Source of the DNA: Deltaproteobacteria bacterium
GTDB lineage: Bacteria; Myxococcota_A; UBA9160; SMWR01
Reading direction: 5' to 3'
DNA length: 64,000 bases
Assembly: GCA_032128115.1 (NCBI GenBank)
Contig: JAQBHB010000041.1
Coordinates: forward strand, 27,753-91,752
Shown here: positions 26,879 through 36,207 of the stretch, one piece after another
Layout of the letters: each line of letters begins with the position of its first letter
How positions within the stretch are numbered: position 1 is the first letter of the stretch
Translations under genes and position numbers: made by a program
The notes under the pieces: generated by a model
What the model saw: only the letters and a program-made list of their open reading frames with translations
Told to the model about the DNA's origin: nothing
Databases searched by the model: none

Positions 26879-27907
26879 CTACAGGGCCAGCTCGGCCAAC
26901 AGGCGCAGCACCTCCGGCTGTCCGGCTCCCACCAGCAGCGAGCCGGTGGGCGATGCTTTCCAGGCCTGGAAGCGTTCGGCGATGCGCTCGGCGGGTCCCA
27001 CCAGGGCGACATCGTCCACCAGCGCGTTGGGCACCGCCGCCATGGCCTCGCCCTTCTTCCCGTCCAGGTAGAGATCCTGGATCTCCACGGCTGCGTCCTC
27101 GTAACCGAGCCGCTTGGCGTAGTCGTTGTAGAAGTTGCGACCGCGGGCGCCCATGCCGCCGATGTAGAGGGCCATCATCCCCTTGATGGGCATGCGGCAC
27201 TTTTCCAGGTCGTCGCCCAGGATGGCAGTGGTGAAGGGCGCCAGGTCGAAATCGGCCATGCTCTTGGCGCCGCCTGCCTTCCGGAAACCCTCTTCCAGGT
27301 GCGAGACGATGAGCTCCGGCTTCTCCGGGTTCATCCACAGCGGGAACACGCCGTCGGCTACCTCGCCGGCACAGGCCAGGCCCGCCGGACTGATGGCCGC
27401 GGTATAGATCTTCAGATCCCGGCGTCCGTGCAGGATGCTCTTGAGCGGCTTGCCGAGACCAGTGGCGTCGTCTCCGAAGTAGGGAATCTGATAGTGCAGG
27501 CCCTTGTGCTCCAGCGGCGCCTCGCGGGCCAGGACCTGGCGGACGATCTGCACGTACTCGCGGGTGCGGGTGAGGGGCTTGCCGTACGGCACGCCGTACC
27601 AACCCTCCACCACCTGGGGGCCCGAGGGTCCGAGGCCCAGGCGGAAGCGCCCGCCGGACAGGGCATCCAGCGTCATCGCCGTCATGGCGGTCATGGCCGG
27701 GCTGCGGGCCGGCATCTGCATGATGGCCGTGCCGATCCCGATGCGACTGGTACGGGCCGCGATGTAGGCGGCCGGCGTGGCGGCGTCGTTTCCGTAGGCT
27801 TCGGCCGTCCACACGGAGTCGAAGCCCAGCTTCTCGGCTTCGAGGATCAGATCCAGGTTGAGGGTCATCTTCGGGCCGAACTGGCCCGCCAGGAGTCCGA
27901 GGCGCAT
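26879..27907 (-). CDS. LLM class (F420-dependent-type) oxidoreductase
   Basis: LLM-like sequence includes [23 protein letters not shown] and [21 protein letters not shown]. It ends 3 nt before the bioA-like start. Confidence 0.8.
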   Translation of the reverse strand: MRLGLLAGQFGPKMTLNLDLILEAEKLGFDSVWTAEAYGNDAATPAAYIAARTSRIGIGTAIMQMPARSPAMTAMTAMTLDALSGGRFRLGLGPSGPQVVEGWYGVPYGKPLTRTREYVQIVRQVLAREAPLEHKGLHYQIPYFGDDATGLGKPLKSILHGRRDLKIYTAAISPAGLACAGEVADGVFPLWMNPEKPELIVSHLEEGFRKAGGAKSMADFDLAPFTTAILGDDLEKCRMPIKGMMALYIGGMGARGRNFYNDYAKRLGYEDAAVEIQDLYLDGKKGEAMAAVPNALVDDVALVGPAERIAERFQAWKASPTGSLLVGAGQPEVLRLLAELAL

Positions 27908-27952
27908 GGGGGGGGCTCCTATCTCGGGGATGGAGTGGGCAGGATATCCGAT

Positions 27953-30493
27953 TCAGGAGTCATCGGGGGTCGCCACCAGGGGCAGGTCGATCACGAAGGT
28001 GGTTCCCCGGCCCGGCTGGGAGCCCACGAAGATCCGGCCCCCATGGCGCTCGATGATGCCGTGGGAGAGTGAGAGGCCCAGACCGGTTCCCGCGCCCACC
28101 GGCTTCGTCGTGAAGAAGGGATCGAAGATGCGGCTCTGCACGTCGTGGGGAATCCCGGGGCCGTTGTCGTGGAACTCCAGGCGCACGCCATCGTCGGTGT
28201 GGAGGGTGGTGATGCGGATCTCGCCGTCCTTCTCGATGGCGTCGCATGCGTTCATCAGCAGGTTCAGGAAGACCTGGTTCAACTGACCCGGGTAGCAGCG
28301 CACGTGAGGCAGGTCGCCGAAGTCGCGTACCACCTCGATGTTGTTCTTGAAGCGAGGCTCCATTAGCGCGAGCGTGCGATCGATCTCCTCATGCAGGTCG
28401 GCGTCCTGCAGTTCGGCCTGATCCATGCGGGAGAACGTGCGCAGGTCTTCCACGATCTTCTTGACGCGCTGGGTCCCCTCCTGGCTGCGCGCCAGCAGCT
28501 TCTCGATTCCCTCCCGGACGCGCGTGGTGTCGCTCTCGGTGCGCTGACCCTCGATCAGCTTCTTCACGTACTCGTCAAGCAGCTTGAGGTTGGCGTGAAC
28601 GAATCCAATCGGGTTGTTGAGCTCATGCGCCACACCCGCCACCAGCTGGCCCAGCGACTTCATCTTCTCGGCCTGGGTGAGCTGGGCCTGGGTCTCGCGC
28701 AACTCGCGCGTTCGTTCCTCCACGCGGGCCTCCAGATTCTCGTTCAGCTTCGCGATCTCGTCGAAGGCCTTGGCGTTCTCGATGGCGATGGAACTCTGGT
28801 TGGCCAATGTGCGAAGCAGCACACGATCGTCGAGTGCGAGTCGGTCGCGCGAGATCTTGCGGCCCACTGCGATCACGCCAAGAAGATCCACGCCATACAG
28901 GATGGGCACGAGGATCTCCACCTCCAGGGTGTCGAAGATGTCGCGGCAGGCTTCGCGACTTTCCACGTCGGGCTCGTCGTCGAAGTCCACCCGCGAAAGA
29001 TCCTCGCGGCGCATCCACAAATGCTTCCAGATGGGGTGGTGGGACGGAACCTCGGTGGTGAGGGCCTCTTCCTCCCAGTCGCCCCGAGACGCGATGGGCC
29101 GCAGCAGACGACCCTCGTCGTCCACGAGCAGCACCATAGCGCGCTCGACGCCCATGGTGTCGGTGAGCGCCACCAGGATCCGATCCGCGATCTCGTTCAG
29201 AGAAAGCATGGAGACCATCGCCTCGGAAATCTCCCGCACCGCCACCCGGTAGGCCGTCCGGTCGCGGTCGAAGAACCGATCCACCAGATTCTGCATGCGA
29301 CGACGCAGGGGGTCGAAGGCCAGGATGGCGAAGAACAGGAACACCACCTGGAACCAGCGGAAGCTCACCCCGAGACGCCAGACCAGCGTGTCGGCAAAGG
29401 TGATCAGGAACGCGAACAGGGCCACGATGGCGAGGCTGGCGGTGCCATAGGCCGCCGACGACTTCGCCATGGTGCGGATCCCGAACAGCTGTTTGCGCAC
29501 CAGTCCATAACCCACTGCCACGGGAAACAGGAATACCCAGAACAGGGCCAGGTAGTAGGGGAAGGGCTTCTCCAACCACCACTGGGCCATCAGCACCACC
29601 AGTACCGGGGCGAAGCTCACCAGCGCGCCGAAGAACATCACATCGGCGCGATCCTTGAGCGCGCTTTCCCGGTGCCGGTGTCGCTCGAGCCCCAGGATCC
29701 CCACCGACACCGCGAACAGACCCATCGTGAACAGGAACGACGCGTTGGAGACGGAGCCCAGCTCCAGACCCAGAGCCTCCTCGCCCAGCCCCAACCCCGC
29801 CAGGCCGAAGGCGGCCGCGTAGGGCAGCAACTGGATGCGCCGGCGGCGAACGATCCAGCCGGGTTCGATGGGATAGGTCGTGAACAGATGGAACGTGGTG
29901 GCGCCTAGAAGCGGCAGGTTGATGGCCATGCAGGCCCACGACCAGGCGATCACGTCGCCCTGGATCGTGTGCGAGAGCTGAACCGACATGGTGGAGCAGA
30001 ACAGCAGCAGGGCCCAGGCCCCGGATCGGTCGGGGCGCAGCCACCACACGATCGAGCCGGTAGCGATGTAGATCACCGCAAGCAGCAACATCAGTCCGTG
30101 GAGCAGGATCAGCAGGCGACCGTGCAGGGCCTCGGATGACTCGGGCAGCAGCTCCACGCTGATGCGCCGCCCGTCGCGCTTCTGGAACACGTAGGTGTTC
30201 GGGACGTCCGGCTCGAGTCCCTTCCAGCCGCGCCGGAGATCCGACAGGAAGGGTGTGCCGTTGACCTCCAGGACCCGGTCGCCGACGCCGGCTTCGGTGC
30301 CCGCCTCGGTGGCGGCGGGGCCGAGCGCCTGCACGATGACGTTGCCGCCGAGCACCGTAATGGAGAAGGGGTGGTTCAGCTTGTGGCTGGGCGCCCGGAG
30401 GGGGCCGAGCGAGAGCGCCAGAGCAACCAGGGCCCAGCCGATGGCGATGGCCGCGGTCGTCCGACGAAAGCGCAGGGGGGACGTCGGGTTCAT
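27953..30493 (-). CDS. Membrane sensor histidine kinase (periplasmic PDZ-like segment, multi-TM, GAF, HisKA, HATPase_c)
   Basis: 846 aa. PDZ-like GDRVLEVNGTPF is followed by more than 6 TM helices and a GAF-like region. The H-box is AHELNNPIGFV, the N-box LLMNACDA, and the G-boxes DNGPGI and GTGLGLS. Confidence 0.9.
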   Translation of the reverse strand: MNPTSPLRFRRTTAAIAIGWALVALALSLGPLRAPSHKLNHPFSITVLGGNVIVQALGPAATEAGTEAGVGDRVLEVNGTPFLSDLRRGWKGLEPDVPNTYVFQKRDGRRISVELLPESSEALHGRLLILLHGLMLLLAVIYIATGSIVWWLRPDRSGAWALLLFCSTMSVQLSHTIQGDVIAWSWACMAINLPLLGATTFHLFTTYPIEPGWIVRRRRIQLLPYAAAFGLAGLGLGEEALGLELGSVSNASFLFTMGLFAVSVGILGLERHRHRESALKDRADVMFFGALVSFAPVLVVLMAQWWLEKPFPYYLALFWVFLFPVAVGYGLVRKQLFGIRTMAKSSAAYGTASLAIVALFAFLITFADTLVWRLGVSFRWFQVVFLFFAILAFDPLRRRMQNLVDRFFDRDRTAYRVAVREISEAMVSMLSLNEIADRILVALTDTMGVERAMVLLVDDEGRLLRPIASRGDWEEEALTTEVPSHHPIWKHLWMRREDLSRVDFDDEPDVESREACRDIFDTLEVEILVPILYGVDLLGVIAVGRKISRDRLALDDRVLLRTLANQSSIAIENAKAFDEIAKLNENLEARVEERTRELRETQAQLTQAEKMKSLGQLVAGVAHELNNPIGFVHANLKLLDEYVKKLIEGQRTESDTTRVREGIEKLLARSQEGTQRVKKIVEDLRTFSRMDQAELQDADLHEEIDRTLALMEPRFKNNIEVVRDFGDLPHVRCYPGQLNQVFLNLLMNACDAIEKDGEIRITTLHTDDGVRLEFHDNGPGIPHDVQSRIFDPFFTTKPVGAGTGLGLSLSHGIIERHGGRIFVGSQPGRGTTFVIDLPLVATPDDS

Positions 30494-30560
30494 ATGGCTC
30501 CCGGCACCCTCGCCATGCTACGGCGGGTGCCCGGGTGCTGTCAAAACGCCCCGGATTCGG

Positions 30561-30586
30561 ACGTGGAGATGAGACGTGGAGATGAA
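30561..30586. repeat. 13-bp x2 tandem duplication upstream of the kinase gene
   Basis: ACGTGGAGATGAG is followed directly by ACGTGGAGATGAA. Confidence 0.85.
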
Positions 30587-30599
30587 AAGAGAGGCCGAG

Positions 30600-30908
30600 C
30601 TATCGGGTGGCTTCGAGAGCCTCGGCGGCACGGACAGGGACATAGTTGTAGCCACGTCCGTTGAGCACGACCGTACCCTGGCGATCCGGCGAGCGGCTTG
30701 CCACGCGCTGTCGCAGCGTGTTCAGGTTCACCGGGTGGGGTGGGTTGGCCTTCAGGGACGGATCGTTGCAGACCGCGGCCTCCGAGGACTCCCGCGGCGC
30801 TTCGGCCTCGCCGGCCTTCACCAACTGCACCCCGGGCGACAACAGCAACAGCATGGCCACCAGGGCGGTCCCACCGATCGCGGTCTTGACCTTCTCCCAG
30901 GCTCGCAT
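30600..30908 (-). CDS. Small hypothetical secreted protein
   Basis: ATG at 30908. A signal-like segment (TAIGGTALVAMLLLLSPGVQLVKAGEA) is present. There is no recognisable domain. Confidence 0.4.
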   Translation of the reverse strand: MRAWEKVKTAIGGTALVAMLLLLSPGVQLVKAGEAEAPRESSEAAVCNDPSLKANPPHPVNLNTLRQRVASRSPDRQGTVVLNGRGYNYVPVRAAEALEATR

Positions 30909-31090
30909 GACGTCTCCCCGTGGTACCCTGCACACCACGTCCTGATCCTTTTCGGCGCTTCGGAGGGGAATCTTGAAGCCGGGACCCGTCGCCGTGTGCG
31001 CTACCTGCCTGGGATCCGCACGCGGGTTGCCGATCGCCTGCCGACTCCCTGCAACGCACGCGTCGAATGCGCAGCTCGGCGGGAGGCCGC

Positions 31091-32167
31091 ATGCAGCTGG
31101 TCACCTACGAACGACGGGTTGACAGCAACGACAACGACGAGCCGCGCCGATCGCGCCACTCGTCCATGGGCGACGCCGCGCTGGGGTTCGAGGCCCTGGA
31201 GTCGCACCGGCCCGGCATGCGGCGCATGGGGGCCATCCTGCCCGTCGGCTCCCACGAAGGCTCGGTGGTGGACCTGAACCGCGCGTTGGCCATCAGGCTC
31301 GCCTCCGACGGCGGGGGAGCCCCGGAAGCCGAGGCCGACTCGCTGCTGCCTGCGGATCTCCTGGAGCTGTTGCGCCGCGGCCCCGGGAGCATGGACGTGG
31401 CTCGCACGGCGCTCGCGTTCGCAGTAGAGGCCCTCGACCGCTACGACGCCCCGGACCTGGTGCGGGCCGGCGTCGTGCACGGTCGACGCGATGTCCGCCT
31501 GTGCGCGCCGATTCCGCGCCCCGGCAAGATCGTGGGCGTGGCGCGCAACTACCCGGCCCACGCGGCGGAGCGCGGCGGCGATATTCCCGAGGAGCCGGTG
31601 CTCTTCCTGAAGGCCCCGTCGTCGGTGATCGGCCCCGAGGACGAGATCCGTCTGCCCCGGGCCAGTGTGCAGGTGGACTACGAAGGCGAATTGGCCGTGA
31701 TCCTCGGAGCCGCGATTCGCGGCGTCGGCCCCGAAGAGGCGCTCGCGAGCATCGCGGGCTATTGCGTGGCGAACGATGTCTCGGCGCGGGACTACCAGGA
31801 CGTCCGGGGACAACGGTTCATCGGGAAGTCGTGCGACACCTTCGCTCCCCTGGGACCTGCCCTGATCACCACCGACGAGATTCCCGACCCCCAGGATCTG
31901 GGCATCCGGACCGTCGTCTCCCAGCAGGGAAGACAGTCGGGGCACACCAAACAGATGCACTTCGGGGTCGCTGCGATCCTCTCGTTCGTGTCCCGGCTGA
32001 TGACGCTCGAACCCGGCGACGTGGTGCTCACCGGTACACCCGCGGGCGTGGGCGCAGCCGCCGAACCGCCTCGCTGGCTTCGGGATGGCGATGTGGTGGA
32101 GGTGGAGATCGACCGGGTGGGCCGACTGCGAAACTACGTGCGCGAGGAGCCGCCGACAGGCTCGTAG
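31091..32167 (+). CDS. Fumarylacetoacetate hydrolase (FAH) family protein
   Basis: ATG at 31091 follows GGGAGG. FAH-like sequence includes GKIVGVARNYPAHAAE, PVLFLKAPSSVIGP, DYEGELAVILG and GDVVLTGTPAGVG. Confidence 0.85.
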   Translation: MQLVTYERRVDSNDNDEPRRSRHSSMGDAALGFEALESHRPGMRRMGAILPVGSHEGSVVDLNRALAIRLASDGGGAPEAEADSLLPADLLELLRRGPGSMDVARTALAFAVEALDRYDAPDLVRAGVVHGRRDVRLCAPIPRPGKIVGVARNYPAHAAERGGDIPEEPVLFLKAPSSVIGPEDEIRLPRASVQVDYEGELAVILGAAIRGVGPEEALASIAGYCVANDVSARDYQDVRGQRFIGKSCDTFAPLGPALITTDEIPDPQDLGIRTVVSQQGRQSGHTKQMHFGVAAILSFVSRLMTLEPGDVVLTGTPAGVGAAAEPPRWLRDGDVVEVEIDRVGRLRNYVREEPPTGS

Positions 32168-32227
32168 CGGGCGCAAAGGGCCACAAGAGGGTGCAAGGAG
32201 CAGCACCCAGGAAGGTCCGGAGTCCGA

Positions 32228-33004
32228 TCAAATTCCCGATCCCGCTTCCTCTTCCTCCACGTGGATGCCGCATTCGCGGGTCTCGGGGTTCTCCCACCAC
32301 CAGCGTCCGGCCCGGGGATCGTCGCCCGCTGCGATTGCTCGCGAGCAGGGGGCGCAGCCCACCGACGGGTAGCCCTGAAGGTGCAGACGGTTGGTGGGTA
32401 GGTCGTGGTCTCGCACGTACTGGAGCACCTGATCGCGCTTCCAGTCGGCGAGCGGATTGATCTTCACCTTGTCGCCGTGGCCCGCGTCGATCTCGACCTT
32501 GGTGGTGTCGGTGCGCGTCACGCCCTGGTCACGCCGCAGGCCCGTGACCCAGGCGTCCAGATCGGCGACGAAGCGGTTCAGGGGCTCGACCTTGCGAACG
32601 CGGCAGCACTGCTGGCGATTCTCCACCGACTCGAAGAACAGGTTCAGACCCTTCTGCCGCACCATGGCCTCCACCGCCTCGGCACGGGGAAAGACCACCT
32701 CGACCTTTACCCGGTAGCGGTCACGGACCCGGTCGATCAGGTCGTAGGTCGCCTGGGGAAGACGCCCCGTGTCCAGCACGAACACCCGGGAGGCTGGCTC
32801 GATGCGATGCATCATGTCCATCAGCACGATGCCCTCGGGCGCTCCGAACGAGCAGGAAAGGGCAATCCTGGGATGATAATTCTCCAGTGCCCAACTCAAG
32901 AGTTCTTGGGCGCTGAGGGCCTCGGCCTGGCCACTCTGGATGAACTGGCGCAGGGCCCGCTGCGTGGGTTTCTCGGGGTTTGAGGAGGGGGCGGTCATCG
33001 CCAT
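32228..33004 (-). CDS. cysH: Phosphoadenylyl/adenylyl-sulfate reductase, thioredoxin-dependent, Fe-S type
   Basis: C-terminal ECGIH motif, a CC pair (QQCCRVRKVEPL) and CxxC (GCAPCSRA). The start is ATG at 33004 or 32998. Confidence 0.85.
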   Translation of the reverse strand: MAMTAPSSNPEKPTQRALRQFIQSGQAEALSAQELLSWALENYHPRIALSCSFGAPEGIVLMDMMHRIEPASRVFVLDTGRLPQATYDLIDRVRDRYRVKVEVVFPRAEAVEAMVRQKGLNLFFESVENRQQCCRVRKVEPLNRFVADLDAWVTGLRRDQGVTRTDTTKVEIDAGHGDKVKINPLADWKRDQVLQYVRDHDLPTNRLHLQGYPSVGCAPCSRAIAAGDDPRAGRWWWENPETRECGIHVEEEEAGSGI

Positions 33005-33104
33005 GGGGTTTCCAATGTATCGGAAGATCGTGGCAGATCCCAAGCATTCCAGACAGTTGCACTGTGGTATTTGACAGAGGCGCCAGCCGCTGCCGCGACT
33101 GGGT

Positions 33105-33404
33105 TCATGCGAGCTTCTCGTCCACGGACCGCACCTTGTCCTCCATGGCCACGGTGCGGTCCCGCCGTTCGTCGATCTTGATCAGCGTGCTCACGCGCAT
33201 GGCCCCGGCTGCGAAGACCGCCTCGTGCATCCGCTGCACCAACGCCAGCACCTCTGGAAGCTCACCTTCCAGGGTGGTGAACATTGGATCCAGCCGGGTT
33301 CGCACGGCCTGCTGATCGCGAGCCACCCTGAGTGCGGCAGCCACGTAGCTCGACACGCTGACCCCCTCTCCTACCGGTGAAATGCTGACTGCGACGATGG
33401 CCAT
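33105..33404 (-). CDS. MTH1187/YkoF-like small thiamine-binding family protein
   Basis: ~100 aa from the internal ATG at 33404. Family-like sequence includes MAIVAVSISPVGEGVSVSSYVAAAL and MFTTLEGEL. Confidence 0.65.
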   Translation of the reverse strand: MAIVAVSISPVGEGVSVSSYVAAALRVARDQQAVRTRLDPMFTTLEGELPEVLALVQRMHEAVFAAGAMRVSTLIKIDERRDRTVAMEDKVRSVDEKLA

Positions 33405-33430
33405 CTCGTTGGTTCCCCTCGATCCTGTCA

Positions 33431-33482
33431 TTCAGCCCAGACGTTCAGCCCAGTCATTCAGCCCAGACATTCAGCCCAGACG
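33431..33482. repeat. 13-bp x4 tandem repeat (TTCAGCCCAGACR)
   Basis: The four units are ttcagcccagacg, ttcagcccagtca, ttcagcccagaca and ttcagcccagacg. The array spans the stop of the upstream minus-strand gene (33471-73) and the region 5' of the MTH1187-like gene. Confidence 0.9.
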
Positions 33483-34901
33483 GCGGCGCACCGCCACCGG
33501 GTCGCGCACCCGGGCCGCAAGGTCCGCCACGGGTTGCCCGAGTATTGGATGCACGAACGCCGCAGCAATTTCACACAGCGGCTCCAACACGAAGGCGCGC
33601 TCGTGCAGGCGCGGGTGTGGCACCTGGAGGCCCGGCTCGTCGATCTTCTGGCCCGCGTAGAAGAGCACGTCCAGGTCCAGGGTGCGCGCCGTGTTGCGCT
33701 GGCCCCCCGGGGTGCGCCCGGCATCCGACTCGATCTGCTGGAGTCGGTCCAGCAGCGCCCGCGCCGACAACCGGCAGCGCAGCTTCGCCGCCGCGTTCAG
33801 ATAGGGCCCCTGGGGCGGTGGGCCCACCGGATCGGTCTCGTAAACGGGTGACACCGCCTCCACCCACACGCCCCGGGTGCGACCCAGGGCCGCCAGGGCG
33901 CGCACCAGATGCCCCTCCCGGTCGCCCAGGTTCGAGCCCAGCGATACGTAGGCCGGCTCGCCTTCGATTCCGCCCGCGCTGCGCTGTTGCAGCCGATCGC
34001 CGCAGAACGATGCGATGGCTGCGTTGAACCGGATCGCCGCCTCCCACTGCAGGAAGTGACCGGCGCCGCTCAGCTGGAAGGGCCCGACCCGGTCGGGGAA
34101 GACCACCTCGGCCATGCGCTCGAAGTCGGGAGGAATCACGTGATCCTCGGGCCCGTAGAGGATGAGCGCCGGCGTGGGATTCTCGCGCCAGAAGGGCCGC
34201 GCCACCCGGGCGTGCGCCGAGAGCACGCTCTCGTAGGTGCAAAGGCTCGCGCGAAAGTGGTGGGCGTCGGCGAAGGGTTCGCTGAGGAAATCCACCGCGT
34301 CGGGCTCGAACGCGCCCGGATGCGCCCAGTGTCGTTTGGTGTAGAAGTCCGCCACCCAGTGCTTGCGGCGCTCCGGTGTGTCGAGCTCTGCGGCCAGACC
34401 GTCCGCATCGGTTCCCGCGCGCAGGAAATAGTCGAGCCGCTCGCGGGGCGGTCGCGTGACGAGACCCTGCATGCGCTCTTTCAAGAAGGGAAGCGGAGCG
34501 TTGAAGATCACGAGCCTCTCGACGAAACCCGGGAATCGCAGCGAGAGATCCTGGATCACGGCGCCACCCAGATCGCCGCCCACCGCCACCACTGAATCGA
34601 GCCCCAGATGCTCGTGCACCAGGGCGTACAGGTCGCGGCTGTGGGACACCACGTCGTGGAACCCGTCCGGCCCCACCTGGCTGTCTCCGAAACCCCGGAG
34701 ATCGGGAGCGATCACGTGGAAGCCAGCGGCCGCCAGCGGCGCGGCGTTGCGCCACCAGATACGCCGGGTCTCGGGCCAGCCGTGCACGAGCAACAGGGGA
34801 ACGCCGCCCCGGCCCTCGGACAGGAAGGCCTGGTCGAAGCCGCGCGGGCGCGCCCGCTCCACGCGGAAGCGATCCGGGGACAGGGGGGTCGGCTCGCTCA
34901 C
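33471..34901 (-). CDS. folK: Alpha/beta hydrolase (epoxide-hydrolase-like) fused to 6-hydroxymethyl-7,8-dihydropterin pyrophosphokinase (HPPK)
   Basis: The N-terminal part is hydrolase-like (LLLVHGWPETRRIWWRNAAPLAAAGFHVIAPDLRGFGDS). The C-terminal part is HPPK (AYVSLGSNLGDREGHL, RTLDLDVLFY, VPHPRLHERAFVLEPL). Both are in one frame with no stop. No ATG/GTG/TTG occurs in the ~12 codons before the HPPK core. The start was set to GTG at 34901. Confidence 0.7.
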   Translation of the reverse strand: MSEPTPLSPDRFRVERARPRGFDQAFLSEGRGGVPLLLVHGWPETRRIWWRNAAPLAAAGFHVIAPDLRGFGDSQVGPDGFHDVVSHSRDLYALVHEHLGLDSVVAVGGDLGGAVIQDLSLRFPGFVERLVIFNAPLPFLKERMQGLVTRPPRERLDYFLRAGTDADGLAAELDTPERRKHWVADFYTKRHWAHPGAFEPDAVDFLSEPFADAHHFRASLCTYESVLSAHARVARPFWRENPTPALILYGPEDHVIPPDFERMAEVVFPDRVGPFQLSGAGHFLQWEAAIRFNAAIASFCGDRLQQRSAGGIEGEPAYVSLGSNLGDREGHLVRALAALGRTRGVWVEAVSPVYETDPVGPPPQGPYLNAAAKLRCRLSARALLDRLQQIESDAGRTPGGQRNTARTLDLDVLFYAGQKIDEPGLQVPHPRLHERAFVLEPLCEIAAAFVHPILGQPVADLAARVRDPVAVRRRLG

Positions 34902-34932
34902 CGGGTCGATCTTACAGCTACAATCCCGTGCC

Positions 34933-36207
34933 GTGCCGGCGATTCCCTCCCTCGCCCCTGCGTTGCTTACCCCCGTTCCGGGGCCGCGCTCGACTGCACT
35001 GGCGCAACGGCTGGCACGTGTGGAGAGCCGCAATGTCACGTGTCTTCACCCGGTGCCCCTCTTCTGGGAGCGCGCCGCCGGGGCCAACGTCTGGGACGTG
35101 GATGGCAACCGCTTCGTGGATCTCACGGCGGGCTTCGGCGTCGCCAATGCGGGACACGCACACCCGCGTGTGGTGGACGCGATTCACGAACAGTCGGAGC
35201 GAATGCTCCACGCCATGGGCGACGTGCACCCAGCGGCCGTGAAGGTGGAACTGCTGGAAGCGCTGACCCGCCGCTTTCCCGGCGGCGGCGACTGCCGGGC
35301 CGTGCTGGGATCGTCGGGCTCCGACGCGGTGGAGGTCGCGCTCAAGACCGCCCTGCTCGCGACAGGGCGCCCGGGGGTGGTGGCCTTCGAGGGCGCCTAC
35401 CACGGGCTCAGCCTGGGCGCGCTGGACACCACCTGGCGCGGCGCGTTTCGCGAGCCCTTCCGTCTGCGCCTGCCGGGCGCAACGGTCTTCGCGCGTTTCG
35501 GTGACGCCGGGGATGCCCTTCGGGCCGCAGAGTCCCTCGAGCATCCAGTGGGCGCCGTGCTCGTGGAGCCGATCCAGGGCCGGGGAGGCGATCGCATCCC
35601 CCCCCCAGGTTTCCTCTCCGAGCTGCGGAGCCTGTGTGACGACCGGAGCTGGCTGCTGATCGTGGACGAAGTCTACACCGGCTTCGGTCGCACGGGCCGC
35701 TGGTTCGCGTGCGAGCACGAGGGCGTGGTTCCCGACCTGCTGTGCGTGGGCAAGGGGCTCGCTTCAGGGATGCCGTTGTCCGCCACCCTGGGACGGGCCG
35801 AGCTGATGGATGCCTGGCCCGCCTCGGACGGCGAAGCCCTCCACACCCAGACCTTCCTGGGTCATCCGCCGGGCTGTGCCGCTGCACTGGCGTCGATCGC
35901 GGCCCTCGAAGAAGAAAAGCTCGTGGAACGCGCCGCCGAGAACGGGGCCACGGCCCTGGCACAGCTGCAGTCGGGGCTTTCGGGGGCGCCCGGCGTCGAA
36001 GACGTGCGGGGCCTGGGGCTGCTGCTGGCGGTGGAATGCGACAGCGCCGAGCGCGTGAACCGCGCCGTCGCGGCCGCCATGCGCCGCGGCGTCATTGCGC
36101 TGCCGTCGGGAGACGACGGCCGCGTCGTTTCGATCACGCCGCCCCTGTGCGTCGAGTCCGAGATCCTGAGCCTCGCCCTCGGCGTACTCTGCGAGTGTCT
36201 GCAATGA
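34933..36207 (+). CDS. Class III pyridoxal-phosphate aminotransferase (GABA/ornithine-AT-like)
   Basis: GTG at 34933, in frame within ORF 34456..36207. Family-like sequence includes [36 protein letters not shown] and [35 protein letters not shown]. Confidence 0.85.
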   Translation: MPAIPSLAPALLTPVPGPRSTALAQRLARVESRNVTCLHPVPLFWERAAGANVWDVDGNRFVDLTAGFGVANAGHAHPRVVDAIHEQSERMLHAMGDVHPAAVKVELLEALTRRFPGGGDCRAVLGSSGSDAVEVALKTALLATGRPGVVAFEGAYHGLSLGALDTTWRGAFREPFRLRLPGATVFARFGDAGDALRAAESLEHPVGAVLVEPIQGRGGDRIPPPGFLSELRSLCDDRSWLLIVDEVYTGFGRTGRWFACEHEGVVPDLLCVGKGLASGMPLSATLGRAELMDAWPASDGEALHTQTFLGHPPGCAAALASIAALEEEKLVERAAENGATALAQLQSGLSGAPGVEDVRGLGLLLAVECDSAERVNRAVAAAMRRGVIALPSGDDGRVVSITPPLCVESEILSLALGVLCECLQ

